63,870 nucleotides of DNA, filler included, from Octopus bimaculoides (GCF_001194135.2; 3 parts of 3 records of this genome joined end to end with filler, not necessarily neighbours in it), one strand, 5' to 3'. Positions 39,601 through 53,537 are shown, counted from the whole stretch's first letter. Numbers and translations: made by a program. The notes: generated from the sequence alone by a model not told the origin.

Positions 39601-40432
39601 TCACACTCATACACAGAAACATATGTGCAAATAACAGCCCAATAAGTCAGATTTAATGACTGCATTGTAGAAACATAAACCAGAGGTGCCAACTGATTTA
39701 GAGTTAAAAAAAAAAACCAAAAAAAAACCAAACAAACTAGAAACATGGTCCAAGTGGTTAGCATGTCTGCACAATTTACAGAGGCCTGGATATTGATCCC
39801 AGTACGCATCAGAAAAACATGTTTCTAGGCACAGGCATGGCTGTGTGGTGAGAAGCTTGTTTCCCAACCACACGGTTCCAGGTTCAGTTCTACTGCATGG
39901 CATCTTGGGCAAGTGTCTTCTACTATAGACCTAGGTCAACCAAGGCCTTGTGAGTGGATTTGGTAGATAGAAACTGAAAAGAAGCCAGTCTTATATACAT
40001 GCATGTGTGTGTATTGTGTGAGTGCGCAGTGTGTTGTACGTGTATTTATTGTGAGTGCACTTATGTATTTGTTTGTGTGTATGTGTGAGTGTCTGTGTGT
40101 GTGTATTTGTGTGTGTGTGTGTATTGTGTGTGAGCACACGTGTATGTATGTTGTGTGTGTGTGTGAGTGTATTTGTGTTTGTTCTTCCACCATTGCTTGA
40201 CAACTGGTGTTGGTTTGTTTATGTCTCTGTAACTTAGTGGTTTGACATTAGAGAGGCAAATAGAACAAGTACCAGGCTTACAAAGAAAAAAAAAAAAGAA
40301 AAAGAAAAAAAAGAGCACTGAATCAATTCTTTCAACCAAAATCCTTCATGGTGGTGCCTCAGCATGGCTGCAGTCCACAACTAAAACAAGTAAAAGGTCA
40401 TAAAGGCAAACATTTATAAACAGGAAACTAAC

Positions 40433-40554
40433 CTTCATGAGTAAAGCAACAAGTTGATGTATTGTGTCTCTATCAACTCCTTCTAAATCCATTGCTTTTT
40501 GAAGTAGTTCAGTAAAATTGCTTTCTTCATCGGTAAATTCTCGTAGATTTCCAC
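40433..40554 (-). CDS. unc79: UNC79 exon, (G)GNLREFTDEESNFTELLQKAMDLEGVDRDTIHQLVALLMK
   Basis: aaaacag|GT...ATGAAG|gttagt. 122 nt, phase 1 to 0. Matches recalled human DLLPEDAGIDHQTVHQLITVLMK. Confidence 0.93.
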
Positions 40555-40814
40555 CTGTTTTAATTATGTATGAATTTTTTGAGGGCATTTTTTTGTGGTT
40601 TAAAGAGAAAATACAGTGAAACAATTATGAGAGAAATATTTTTTTAATAAAGATATGGTAAGAAAAAAATCCCAAAATAAAATTATATTTCTTTATTAGT
40701 GAGTGACGGAAACTGTATTAGTTAAGAATAACATTTTGCGTATCATACTTAATATAGATACAAAGCCTTGAAATGAATATTGCATTTTGAAGGCTTTCTA
40801 CAGCATATCTACAT

Positions 40815-41115
40815 TAACCCTTTAGCTTTTAAATCAGTTATATCTGGCCTAAATAATCTACTTGTTTTATGTCCAAACTGGCCATGTCCAGCTTCTCACA
40901 CCTACCCTACAAGGTCATTCTAAAATTAAACAATCACATCATTGGAATCTCAAAGCTATAGACACAAGGCCTGAAATTTGGTGGGAGAGGCTAGTCGATT
41001 ACATCAACCCCAGTACATGACTGGTACTTATTCTATGATTATGCATGATTAATTAAAAATACTGTGAATAAATAAGTGTTACATTTGGCAGAATGATTTT
41101 AATGTTAAAAAATTC
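40815..41115 (+). mobile_element. piggyBac-like MITE (TTAA|CCCTTTAGC end) with an internal SINE fragment
   Basis: Begins ttaaccctttagc. Homologous copies lie at ~24722-24883 (-), ~25160-25338, ~34150-34550, ~44766-44880 (-) and split across 52270-52885. Confidence 0.7.
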
Positions 41116-41239
41116 AGTATTAAGTATGATATATGAAATGCTTTTATATTTCTATTTTGTAAAGTAAAGATGTCATAAAAGTTTTGAATATACACATTTA
41201 TAGCAAAGAATGTTTCAGCGTAAAATTTTACCAGCAAAT

Positions 41240-41545
41240 AAATACTTAAAAGAATCTGTCACTTTGGGTCAGCAGAGGTGGTGAAGCACAACCTTCGAAC
41301 ATTGGGCCTCGCAGAGGTAATGACAAGTGGCTGAGACCTTTGGAGGTAGGCTGTGCTTGAGAAGACCTGGCAAGCCAAGTGAGACCATAGCCATACAGAT
41401 ATTTTTTTGTGATTGGGTGGTACTGAACCCAATGCTCCAATGATAATAGGGATAACCTTATGTTTGACTCTCATAGCTGCCACATCTTAGCAATCTCAAA
41501 TCTTAGGTCTCCATATTATTATCAGGTCACTTGCTATGCAAGTAC
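41240..41545 (-). mobile_element. R4/Dong-clade LINE 3' fragment
   Basis: Remnants YGDLRFEIAKMWQL and KVIPIIIGALGSVP. A (TAT)n run sits at the 5' junction. Confidence 0.75.
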
Positions 41546-41554
41546 ATCTCCACA

Positions 41555-41589
<35 letters not shown>

Positions 41590-42273
41590 CTCATGCACAA
41601 GTATGTGTGCATTCATCATTATCTTATTTATTTTATTCAATTTCAGAAAAATTGAAACATGTCTTTGACAATTCTGGAGCGTGTTGACTTTTGGCTCATT
41701 CTGTATTTTAACCTTCCATTACAAGGCATAAACCCACTTCCTTCAACACCATTCGCCATCTTAGCTAAGGGGTCTTGATCTTGAAGTTACTTGGTGACCT
41801 CACCAGTGCTGGTGCCATGTAAAAAGCACCCAGTACACTCTGTAAAGTGGTTGGTGATAGGAAGAGCATCCAACCATAGAAACCATACCAAAGCAGATAT
41901 TGGAGCTTGGCACATTTCTCTGGCTAAGCACCTTCTGTCAAACCATCTGACCCATGCCAACATAGAAAAACAGATGTTAATTGGTGATGATAATGATGAT
42001 ATTTAACAGTTTGGTTATTGTCACTTTGACCAATCCATTCTGGATTGTACATCATTTTTCTAGATTTGAAACTGTATTTTTTTTCTTTAACTCTTTGACA
42101 GCTTATGTAAAGAGAAGTGGGTCATCAAGAAATATAAAAGGCACCCAAGGACATTAAGTTTTGAATTCCTGTGTTATTGCTTCATCAACTAAAAAAAACT
42201 AACTGCCAAAAAGAAGAATTTCAGGAATTTCAAAAATACAAACCTCCAGCAAATACATAATTCGTAAAAGTAC

Positions 42274-42354
42274 CTAAGCCAAATTTGGCAGTCATGCGCC
42301 GTCCCAAGCTGAACTGCGGAGCTGACTGTTGTCTGATGCAAGATTTTTCCTTAT
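42274..42354 (-). CDS. unc79: UNC79 internal exon (first visible), (D)KEKSCIRQQSAPQFSLGRRMTAKFGL(G)
   Basis: Acceptor ttttccacacttttacag|, donor TTAG|gtactt. 81 nt, phase 1 to 1, stop-free and in phase with the next exon. IRQQS matches the recalled human UNC79 KIRQQS. Confidence 0.8.
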
Positions 42355-43181
42355 CTGTAAAAGTGTGGAAAAAAAAAAGCAAAAATAACTAAAACATAAA
42401 AAAAAAGAAGATAAAAACATATTACTGTAGCTTACCAAAAATGTTCCATTAAAATTTATTATAATTTCTTAAGAAATTGTTAATGATTACATTCAAAGAG
42501 TTCATCTGATCAAATAGATAATGATTAAGTAATATGGTTTCATCTAATTAATTGTAATTAATGCATAAATCAAAATAATTCAATGAGAGAAAGAGAGAAA
42601 GTGGGAGAGGGAGAGGTGGAGAGTGGAGAGTATTTAGGTCATTTAAGGGCAGATAGAAATTATAATTTTATAATTTAATTAAAACAACCTGAAATTATTT
42701 CTTCATAAAAAGCAACAACTAAACTCTTCAATTTCAAAAAAACTTTATATCTAATTATATACATTTATTTATTTATTTATTTATTCATTTATCTATTTAT
42801 TTATTTATTTATTGCTATTTCTTACTTTACAAAATTTTATGACTGAAGAAGAAAATGAATAAAGAAAAAGACAAAATAAATTAAAGGAGAGAGAGAGAGA
42901 AAGAGACAGGGTGAGAGAGAGAGAGAAAGAGACAGGGTGAGAGAGGGAGAGAAAGAAAGAAAGACAGATGAAATTGGTTTTCAATTTTGCCAAATTATTA
43001 TTATTTGGCTTTTTTTAATTTTTATCATTTTTATNNNNNNNNNNATTAATTGATTAAGAAGAGTACATAGAGAACATACAAGACTTCACTTTGGATACAT
43101 TCAAGATTCCATATTTAAAAACAAAAAAAATTAAAGAAATCAAAACAAAATAAATAAATATATAAATCAAATAATAATAAC

Positions 43182-43228
<47 letters not shown>

Positions 43229-43499
43229 AACTTTCTGAGAGGCAAAAATTAATCATTTTTCACTTTTAATCACAACCTACCAGCAATCAATCATGGTTCT
43301 TATTTTGTAAAAGAAATCAAATGTTGCAAATAATGTTATTAATAAAAAGTTATATGGTAAAAGTCAGCAAGACAGAGAGAATTAAATGTAAGGGATGTGT
43401 GATAGGAGGACCTAACAGTCTAAGAATTAGATATAAATATAGTCTCAGAAATAGATATAAATATAATCAAAGAAATAGGTATAAATAAATTATTGATAA

Positions 43500-43994
43500 C
43501 TAACTATGTAACAAAATTTAAACTTTTTTTTGTGTCTTTGGTCAGTAAGTGTTATTTCTTATTTGCTTCTATCTGGAAACCAAAGGGAATCACTTCTGCA
43601 CCTTTCAAACTTTGCTTTTGTGACCTTGGTATCAATGTTTTGAAACTGACCTATTTTCCATTACATTTCACAGACAGATTCAGTGCTGAGTTGCTGAAGC
43701 AGAAATATCGTTATAGCAAATATTCTGCTCAATACCACAGATTTGCTTGTCAGCTGCTTGACCCTGACCATTTGAGCATGTTCCTGAGTGGCTGACAATA
43801 TGTGCATCTTTGATCATGAGCAGGAGTAGTCAGGGAGCATCATAACCATGTGTCGAGAGGGATTCATTGGGGTTTGAATAAACGTAAGGAAAGCAAAGTT
43901 TGAAGGAAATATTAGCCATTTTTCAAAATTTCTAGAGATAAGCAAACAGGAAATAACAGTTGCTATCTAAGGACAAAAATCAAGTTACATAGTG
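43500..43994 (-). mobile_element. Same MITE family, copy 3, inverted orientation
   Basis: Body is the reverse complement of copies 1 and 2. Right end gttacatagtg|taa. Confidence 0.8.
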
Positions 43995-45421
43995 TAATCA
44001 TATTAGAACTTTTAGTTCATAAAGTATAACTTCATTAAATATTTTATTTTAGTATGTTCATAATCTTTAAGGTTGTTTTCACTGCCATATCATTTTATCA
44101 GTTCTATGATTAACAATTATAGCTCATTAACCATTTCATGACCATATTTATAATGAGATGCACTGCCTAATTGTTTTAGAGTTTCAGTAAATTTTGTGAA
44201 AATAATCAAGAATTTGGTGAAATTTGGTAAAATAACAATTTTTTTTCATTAATAATTTCGTGTTTGGGATAATAAATTTCATTTAATTAAAGCTTCTTTA
44301 CATAAGGTACAGGCATGGCTGAGAGGTTAAGAAGCTTGCTTTGCAACCATGGGGTGTCAGGTTCAGTCCTACTGTGTAGCTTGTAGGGCAAGTGTCTTTT
44401 ACTATAGCTCTGGGACAACCAATGCCTTGTGAGGGAATTTGTGTGGAAGCTTATTGTATATATGTGCATATGTGTGTGTATTTGTCCCCTGCCCCATGTT
44501 TGACAACTGGTGTTGGTTTGTTTGGGTTCCCATTATATAACAGTCTGGCAAAAGAAGCTGACAGAATAAGTACCAGACTTAGAAAATGAGTATTGGGATT
44601 GATTTGTTTGACTAAGGTGGTACCCCAACATGGCCGCAACACAAAGACTGAACATATAAAAGATAAAAGATAAAATTATGATGGCAGGTCATACTTTAAA
44701 GCAGGTTCTTTTTTGTATCATAGAATCAGGGGCAGTCCATGACAAAGAAGGACAGCATAAGAGTTAACCCTTTAGCATTCAGATTTCTTTGTCAAATGTA
44801 TTGCTTATTTATTCCCATTGTTTTTAATTAAGCAAGCATTATCTCATAATTTCTGGATTTCAATGGTGTGCTTGTATATTTTTGAACAACAGGCACAGGC
44901 ATGATGACTGTGTGGTAAGAAGCTTGCTTCCCAGCCACATAGTTCCAGGTTTAGTCCCATTGTGTGGCACCTTGAGCTAGTGTCTTCTACTCTAGCCTCA
45001 GGCTGACCAAAGCCTTGTGAGTGGATTTGGTAGATGGAAATTGAAAGAAGCGCATCGTATATATGAGTGAACATCGACTAGTCTTGAGCACATAACTATG
45101 ACCTGTAGAAACCAAACATGGGGAGCAGCTGTACTGAATACACTAAACACTAACAAAACCCTTGCCAGTGGCTGATGCTTTTTTTTTAGCCTTGGGTCAG
45201 CTAACCATGATCATCCAGACATTTAGAGGACATTGAGGCATAGCTGAACAGTTAAGAAGCTTGTTTTGTAACTTACATGATTTCGATTTTAATTCACACT
45301 GTACAACACCTTGGGCAAGTGTCTTCTACTATATCCCTGGTCCAACCAATGCCTTGTAACTTAATTTGGCAGACAGAAACTGTGTGTGAGCTGATCATAT
45401 ATGTGTGCAAGCGTGCGTGTG

Positions 45422-45482
<61 letters not shown>

Positions 45483-45752
45483 GCTTGACAACAGGTGCTG
45501 ACTTAAGTCCCTGTAACTTAGCAGTTCAGCAAAAGTGATCAATGGAATAAGCACCAGACTTAAAGATAAGTAGCAGAGTCGATTTGTTTTCAACTAAACC
45601 CTTCATTGTAGTGCTCTAGCATGGCAGCAGTCCAATGACTGAAACAAGTAAAAGATAAACAACCAAAAATATTATCCAATACATCCTTCTGTCTTTTAAG
45701 ATGACAGAGTCATGATTTAAGAGAATTTAGCTGCTGTTTCTAACATCTAGGG

Positions 45753-46085
45753 CAGTGGTTTTCAACTGGGGTCAATATACGATTTTTTGGGGTCCACGTA
45801 ATAAAATAATAAATTGAAGACCCACAGGAGTATTTTAAGGGCCATGGAAAGAGATGTTTTAGATGTATGTATTGGTGTGTATTACAAGAAACAGCTAGGT
45901 TTCTTTCTCTAACATTTTATATAGTTTAACATGCAGAAGTTAATGAGTGGAAAACAAAATAAGTATTTTGAAAGAAGTTTTTATCAAACTCGTTTTTAAA
46001 CCGTGAATGGCTATGGGGATGGGGTCCACCACAATAAAATAGTAATTAAAGGGGTCAGTTGGTAAAAAATGGTTGGGAACCCCTG
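45753..46085. mobile_element. hAT (Charlie-like) MITE
   Basis: TIRs cagtggttttcaac / gttgggaacccctg. 8-bp TSD atctaggg/atctaggc (7 of 8 match). Confidence 0.85.
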
Positions 46086-46415
46086 ATCTAGGCAGACCAT
46101 GTAGAGCTGTTTGGTTAACTTGTTGGCTTGTGTATTATACTGTATTTTGCTTTCTAGCAGTGTTGAGCTGTACCACTTTATGGTACCTGTTTACAGCTAT
46201 GAGGACTTGTCTATTTAATGACCTGACTGAGGGACACAATGCAGCATCAGTGACAAAGGTAATACTTGCTGACTCCTCTTTATCAACTACAACATTAATT
46301 CAGCCATCTGAAAGCTCTATAATGTTATTAATAATATGACAGACATAACAGCTTCAAAATCGTTTCACCCATAGACTAAAGAAAAACAATAAACAACAAA
46401 AAAATTTGAAAAACA

Positions 46416-46458
<43 letters not shown>

Positions 46459-46511
46459 CATACATACATACATACATATGTATGTATGCGTGTATATGTA
46501 TATATGTATAC

Positions 46512-46912
46512 CAGGGACGTGCCGTCTAGGTAGGTAAGGTAGGCAGTGCCTACCTTGGATAAAATAGATCGATGGCAACATTTCCCTTTCATGGCAAAAT
46601 ATGCACCTAATTCAATAAAATTATGAAGGTTACTCTGATTACTCTGCATAAAATATTTTTATATTTTTGTAGATTAGGTAGGCATAATCCATCCCAACGT
46701 TTCAATCTCAGTATTTAAGCTACACATAATACTGTTGTAGTTCGCATGCTGCGTACATTCCTACAACAATGTTTTCTTTACGTGCTGTGAAAGCAGAAGT
46801 AAATCTACTTCCAACTCAGTTGCGCATCTGTGTTTCGCTTATTTTTTGTGTGCTTTTCTACATAAAGGTGACCAACTGCCTACCCTGAGTAATTACTAAT
46901 GGCACGTGCCTG
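46512..46912. mobile_element. TIR MITE (hAT-like ends) inserted in a TA-rich tract
   Basis: Ends cagggacgtgcc / ggcacgtgcctg with subterminal aggtaggca/tgcctacc motifs. TSD unclear. Confidence 0.65.
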
Positions 46913-47694
46913 ATATATATGCATATATGTATGTATATATATGTAAGTATGCGTGTTTATATATATATATGTGTGTACATATAAATACATGCATCTCAAA
47001 CAGATTGCATAAATACTTACTTTCTACAAATGTTTTTCAAATTTAAAAAATAGATGTTAACATTTTTTCATCAATACATTTCTTTAAGTGTTTGTTTATA
47101 CATAAAATTCTTGAGTCATGCAAATAAACAGTGAGGAAATAGAATATGATGAAGTTTAAATGTTAAAAATTCCAGAATAGAAAAAATAGTAATAAAAAAA
47201 GAAGGAAAACAGGGAAAAGGTTGTTGGGATGGAAGCCGTTCTTGTCAGCCATTGAACCATGCTAGGGGGACACAACTCATGGAAAAATTCATTAGTTTAG
47301 GTGAATGAGGCAGAGGGGGAAAAAAAGAAGGAAGACCAGTATAAAGCAAGTAGACCCCTTATGAAGTTCAATTAAAACAAAAAAGTAAATGATGTTTTTA
47401 ATGTAAATAAATGAAATATAACGTTTTATTTTGGGACTATGTTTAATGTTGTCTTTCAACATACACAATAATCTACAGCTAATTGATCATAGAATTTGTA
47501 GTATTTTAGATTAGATCACTTAGTGTATTTTTAAACCAAAATATGTTTTGCTTTATCCAAGCAACAACATATTTCAGTAATTTCTTTTTTCCTGATTATC
47601 CTTTTCTTGACTTTATTATTGATATACAAAACATCTTACTGTGAATTATATATAAAACTTATTACTGTGTCTCATATAAAATACATAATAAATA

Positions 47695-47742
<48 letters not shown>

Positions 47743-48359
47743 ATGTATGTATGTATGTATGTATGTATGTATGTATGTATGTATGTATGTATGCATGTAT
47801 GTATGTATGTATGTATGTTTGCATATTTAAACAATGAGTGTACTTTGGTGGACAGTTAATACAAGGGAAATAATCATTTCTTCATAACATTTTTTTAGAA
47901 AGGGAAGTCTGAATTTGAAATAAGAAATAATGAAAAAAAACGCATAAAATACACAATATAAAACTTATCAGTGTGTCTCATATAAAATATATATACATTA
48001 AATACATATATATATATTAAATATGTAGTATCTCTTAGAGACAGTTAATAGAGGGAAGATAATCATTTCTTCATAATTAGTGGGATTAGAATTTTGAATT
48101 TGAAATTAAGGAATAATGAAAAAGATGCTTACAATTAACATTTATAAGTTTTTTTATGTTACTTATTTACTATGGAATCCTTAAATTTTCTAGTCTGTGG
48201 TAAACATGTAGAGCACTTTTTTACATTTTCATCCCTGTAGATAACATAAATACCAATTGTTATAAGTACTATACAGCTCACTTATATTTGCCAATAAGTA
48301 AAGGGAACTCTAACAACAACAACAATAGTAATAATAATAATAATAATATATTCAGTAGT

Positions 48360-49400
48360 TTTTGTAGATTGAAAAAAGTCTGAATTAGTAAACCTAAACA
48401 GGAGAACTAGGAAGGAATTCAACATGAATGGAGGACTTCATCCTAGAGCAGGATTGGCAAGATTGTGTTTAACTGGAAAGCAAGGTGGTGGAGGTTTAAT
48501 ATCAGTAGAAAACTGTATTGAATTAGCTAGAGTACATACAGCCTCCAATGTGGGTAATGGTGAGGAAATTTTATTAAGAGCTGTAAGTGCAACAGTAGGA
48601 GATAGGGAAACCAAAAAGCCAAATGTAGTTAAAAACCAGAAAAAAGAAGCAAGATTTTCTGACTGGCAAGAAAAGGCTTTGCATGGTAAATTTCCAAAGA
48701 TAGTTGCAGGAAATAATAATAGTGAGATATGATTGTGGTGTCAGAAAGGAAGGCTGAAAAGGTAGGCAGAAGGTTTATTAGTAGCAGTACAAGATCAGGC
48801 ATCGAGGAATAACAAGATAAAAGCTAAGATAGACAAAATTCATATAGATTCCCATTGTGGGTTATGTAAATCAAAGGAAGTTAGTAATTGTAGTATGCTG
48901 GCACAGAAGAATACAAGAAAAGACATGACAACCTAGGGAGAATAATCCACAGGGAGTTATGTAGAAAGCTAGAATTTGACCATTCTGAAAAGTGGTACGA
49001 ATATGAACTTTGTAAAGTGCTAGAAAGTAAGAAATATACGTTATGAGATTTTAACATTCAGTCTGACATAATAACAGAAGCTAGATGACCTGATTTAGTA
49101 GCAGTAGGCAAAGAGAATAGATATTGACTTTACAGTCTCAAATGATGAGAAAGTTGATATGAGAGGTATAGAGAAAAATATAATAAAGAAATAAAACTTA
49201 GCTATTGAGTTACAGAGACTAAAATGCATTCTTGTAGTTATAGGCATATTAGAAACTATTCCTAAGGATTTGAATTGATAGATAGAGGAAACAGGTGTAA
49301 AACTCCAGAAAACAGTATTATTAGAAGCAGCTAGGATACTTACAAAGCTACTAGATATCTAAGGTTACTTGTAGCGTGATATTAGGAATTTTTTTCAACA
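48360..49400 (+). mobile_element. Degenerate R4/Dong-clade LINE 3' fragment
   Basis: GGLHPRA..RL..KQGGGGLISVE, WQEKALHGKF, AVQDQA, PDLVAV and LQKTVLLEAARIL remnants. Flanked by AAT repeats. Confidence 0.85.
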
Positions 49401-49929
49401 GTCTAATCTATTGTGCATAGATGAAATAATAATGTTAATAATAATCCTTTCTACTAATAGGCACAAGGCCTGAAATTTTGGGGCAGAGAGCTAGTTAATT
49501 GCATCGACCCAAGTGTATAGTTGGTATTTATTTTATTAACCCCAAAAAGATGAAAGGCGAAGTGAACCTCACTAGAACAGGAACTCAGAACATAAAGACA
49601 TGAAATGCTGCTAACCATTTTGCCATTTTATAATAATAATAATAATAATAACTAATAATAATAATCATAATAGACAATGCCTGAAATTGTTGGGGAGGGA
49701 CTAGTTGATGACACTGACCCCAGTGCTCAACTGGTACTTATTTTATCGACCCCAAAAGGATGTATGGTATAGTCAACCTCAGCAGAATTTGAACTCAGAC
49801 TGTAAAGATAAACAAAATGCCACCAAGCATTTTGCCTGCATGCTAATGATTCTGCCAGCTCACTGCCTTTTTTAATAACAATACAATACCTTCCGAAATT
49901 GTGATGCACCCATAAATATTTAAGAAACA

Positions 49930-50210
49930 ATATGAAGAAGAAAGAGTAAACAATTGGAAAATGAAATCACTGCATAGGCAATACCACAAAGAAATCAAAA
50001 GTAATGGCCAAGATCAATACTTGGAGATGGCTAAGAAAAAGTTATCTGAAAGGATGCACTGAGGCATTGATCTGCAGAGCTGAAGAACAAGCTGTGAGAT
50101 CTAATTACACCAAGTTCCAAATAGATAAGAGTAGCAAATCAACCCTTTGTAGGATGTATGGAAGCTGAAATAAAACAATCTTACATATTGTGAGTGAGTG
50201 TAGCAAACTG
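49930..50210 (+). mobile_element. R4/Dong-clade LINE fragment
   Basis: WKMKSLH..Y, TEALICRAEEQA and LCRMYG..TILHIVSECSKL (zinc-knuckle region). Confidence 0.75.
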
Positions 50211-50241
<31 letters not shown>

Positions 50242-51843
50242 CATACAATATATATTTTATCTATAAAAGGCAGATTTTCTGTGTGTGTGTGTGTGTGTGT
50301 ATGTTTAAAATTCATACATTTACACAATTCCAAATTTCTTGGATGAAAGAATCGGAATTAATATTCTAAATACAATAAGTTAGGTCACAGCGTCATTTTT
50401 TCAGTCAAAATAACCCCCAATTACGAATAAAATCCATAAAACTACATACAAAATCACTTTCCCCCTCTAAAACAATCTACTTAACTATTTCTACTCCTCT
50501 TACAAATCGTTNNNNNNNNNNNNNNNNNNNNNNNNNNNNNNNNNNNNNNNNNNNNNNNNNNNNNNNNNNNNNNNNNNNNNNNNNNNNNNNNNNNNNNNNN
50601 NNNNNNNNNNNTACATATATATATATATACATACATATATATATATATGTATGTATGTATACACATCTGTCAATCTATCTATCTACATGTGTGTGTGTGT
50701 GTGTGTTTGTATATGTATATATATGTGTGTGTGTATGTATATGTGTGTATGTATATATATATATATGCACGCACACAAATACACATGGGTATGTGTGTCT
50801 ATGTATACATGTGTGTGCGCGTGTGAATGTATACTTTTAATGTAAATGTGTGTATATCTATGTGTATTAACACAGTGAGTGATAAATGTATATATAACAA
50901 ACCATAAAATCGCATTTCTTTACGTAAACAATTAGATATTCTCATATATACAATTGCATAGAGGTAAACACCTTCTCAACTCCCACGCTAGCCACATATA
51001 TAAACCATACGATATTACATTCTATACACTCAATCAACAGTCTGTACAAGCTGAAAACACAAGAAAAACCAGCAAAAAACATCTAGCTGGCACCATGAGT
51101 TTTTAATTATCCAGACAAACATTCCTGTTGTTTTTCAAGGAAGAATTTACCAAAATCTCAGTGATGAGAATTTCTGTACATTTTTGGCAATGTTATATCT
51201 TAAAATGCAGAACAGCATCCAACATTATCACCCTTCTTTTCTTCCTGTTCACGCTCATCATCACCACCACAGCCACTGCCACCACCACTACCACCACCAC
51301 TACCACCACAACTACCACCAACATCATCATTTTGATCAGGATTTAGTTAGGTGCTACACAACAATAACAGTCAAGAGTATTGAGTAAGGGGTAAAGGTGT
51401 AGTATTGCATAAGGTATCGAGTAAGGTGAAGGTTTGTGGCTCAGTGGTTAGGGTATTCGACTCTCAGTCATAAGGTCATGAGTTCAATTCCTGACACTTT
51501 ATTTCATGTTGCTTCAGTCCACTCAGCCAGCAACAATGAGTAGTATCTGTATTTCAAAGAGCCAGCCTTGTCATATTCTGTGTCTTGCCAAATTTCCCTG
51601 AGAACTATGTTAAGGGTCTGTGGAGTGCTCAGCCACATGCACATTAATTTCATGAGCAGGCTGTTCTATTGATCAGATCAACTGAAACCTTTGTTGTCGT
51701 AACCAACGGAGTGCCAGTGCTGAGTATTGAGTGGGGTGGCTTTGTGCCAAGTGACAAGAAGTTCAAGCATGATAGAAAGACAGGTACAGTTGTCTTGCTG
51801 AGGGTAAGATTCACGGTTACCTCTATTAGGAAAATGAGATAAG

Positions 51844-52148
51844 TGTTATGTTTCCCTCGGACTGACTCGCAGAGATAACATAACGAGTTATACAATTTAA
51901 TTATTACATTTATTGTTCAATTACATACAAAGAACACACTCACCCAATGTTCGTTATGAATAAACAAAAGTCATGTCCGCCATATATATATCAATGACAT
52001 TTTACTACGACAGTCCCACAAGACAACAGCAATGAAACAATGAACTCAGACGAACCACATGACACACGGAACGTCAGACGAATTACATATCTAACAGTCC
52101 ATATAACACCTCCCCACTGAAATTGATGCTACACAAGAAGTATCAACA
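51844..52148 (-). mobile_element. LTR (265 bp, TGTTA...TAACA) plus polypurine tract and 40 bp of internal sequence
   Basis: LTR 51844-52108 with terminal inverted TGTTA/TAACA, followed by cctccccact (the PPT on the minus strand). Near-identical to 53538-53801. Confidence 0.85.
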
Positions 52149-52365
52149 TGGAAGAAGAATGACAGACCGATAGAAAGGAATGCAGTGAGAGGTGAACACA
52201 GGTAGAAGCAAGATTAGTTGTGTTACAATTTCCAAATTCCCAACTTGTCTTCAAAATATAGCTTTGTTTTATTTAACATTTAAACTGGTCATATCCAACC
52301 CAGATATTTTACCCGTTTTATGTTCAAACCAGCCAAGTGTTATCTCTCACGCCTACCATACAATG

Positions 52366-52741
52366 AGTGGTTAGGGCAGCAGACTCGTGGTCATAGGATC
52401 GCGGTTTTGATTCCCAGACAGGGCGTTGTGAGTTTTTACTGAGCGGAAACACCTAAAGCTCCACGAGGCTCCGGCAGGGGATGGTGGCGAACCCTGCTGT
52501 ACTCTTTCACCACAACTTTCTCTCACTCTTACTTCCTGTTTCTGTTGTGCCTGTAATTCAAAGGGTCAGCCTTGTCACACTGTGTCACGCTGAATATCCC
52601 CGAGAACTACGTTAAGGATACACGTGTCTGTGGAGTGCTCAGCCACTTGCACGTTAATTTCACGAGCAGGCTGTTCCGTTGATCGGATCAACTGGAACCC
52701 TCAACGTCGTAAGCGACGGAGTGCCAACAACAACAACAACA
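52366..52741 (+). mobile_element. Young tRNA-derived SINE (family D) with TSD, inserted in a piggyBac-like MITE
   Basis: TSD accatacaatg at 52355-52365 and 52742-52752, (CAA)n tail, CpGs intact. Decayed relatives lie at ~51420-51720 and ~19350-19440. Confidence 0.88.
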
Positions 52742-52910
52742 ACCATACAATGTCATTCTAAAAATGCAACAATCACATTATTGAACTCTCAAAGGTATGA
52801 GATAATGCACGATTAATTCAAAACAATGTGAATATAAATAAGCTTTTACATTTGAAATAAAAATTCTGATTGCTGACAGGTTAAAAGAAAAACATGTGCC
52901 AAAATAATCT

Positions 52911-53350
52911 TGTAGTGGCGCAAAATTATAGCTGCCATTGAGGAAGTACTATTCTGCGCATGCGCAGGGGACTTCACCACCAGAAGCCCCTCGAGTGGGC
53001 ATGCGTAGTAAAACTGGTACTTAAACAGTGAGTTTCATTTTCTCAGCGAGTCGAGGACAGACCTTCTACATGACAACTCGCTCCTCACCGAAGCACTCTT
53101 CACCACGATGCCTTCGATGGTGATAGCTACTTGCTTCTCTGGCAGGCATCAAGGAAGCCCTTAACCTTCCAATACCAAACTACAACATAATCAGCAGCTG
53201 CTAAGCTGAATGACAGGAATTGTGAAACCAAGCATCATCAAAAAAATAAAACTTATTTTTATTATGTTGTAAAATTGTTCTAATGTCTCTTCATATATAA
53301 TGCTGTTGAAAGGTGATAGAGAGAAACTAAAGTCTCTATTGCAACTATCA
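52911..53350 (+). mobile_element. Solo-LTR-like repeat (second family), copy 2
   Basis: TG...CA ends, internal AATAAA, homologous to 33214-33640. Confidence 0.55.
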
Positions 53351-53537
53351 AACTTTTACAGTCTTCCCCTTTTATCAACATCACTTAACAGAAAAAGCAG
53401 AAAATCTCTCCAGTATCTAACTATGTCATGAAAATAACCTCAACTAAAAATAGACATCACTTATCTTTTTAAATTTAAGTAAGATCGATCTTTCTAACTG
53501 CTTCGCTGCTATCTCTCAAAGCAAATGTCACATGACC

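Noticed and set aside
42436-42505. Candidate UNC79 exon just upstream of 42354 (cag|...TTTG|gtaagc)
   Set aside because: It has an in-frame TAA in the phase required to join the next exon.
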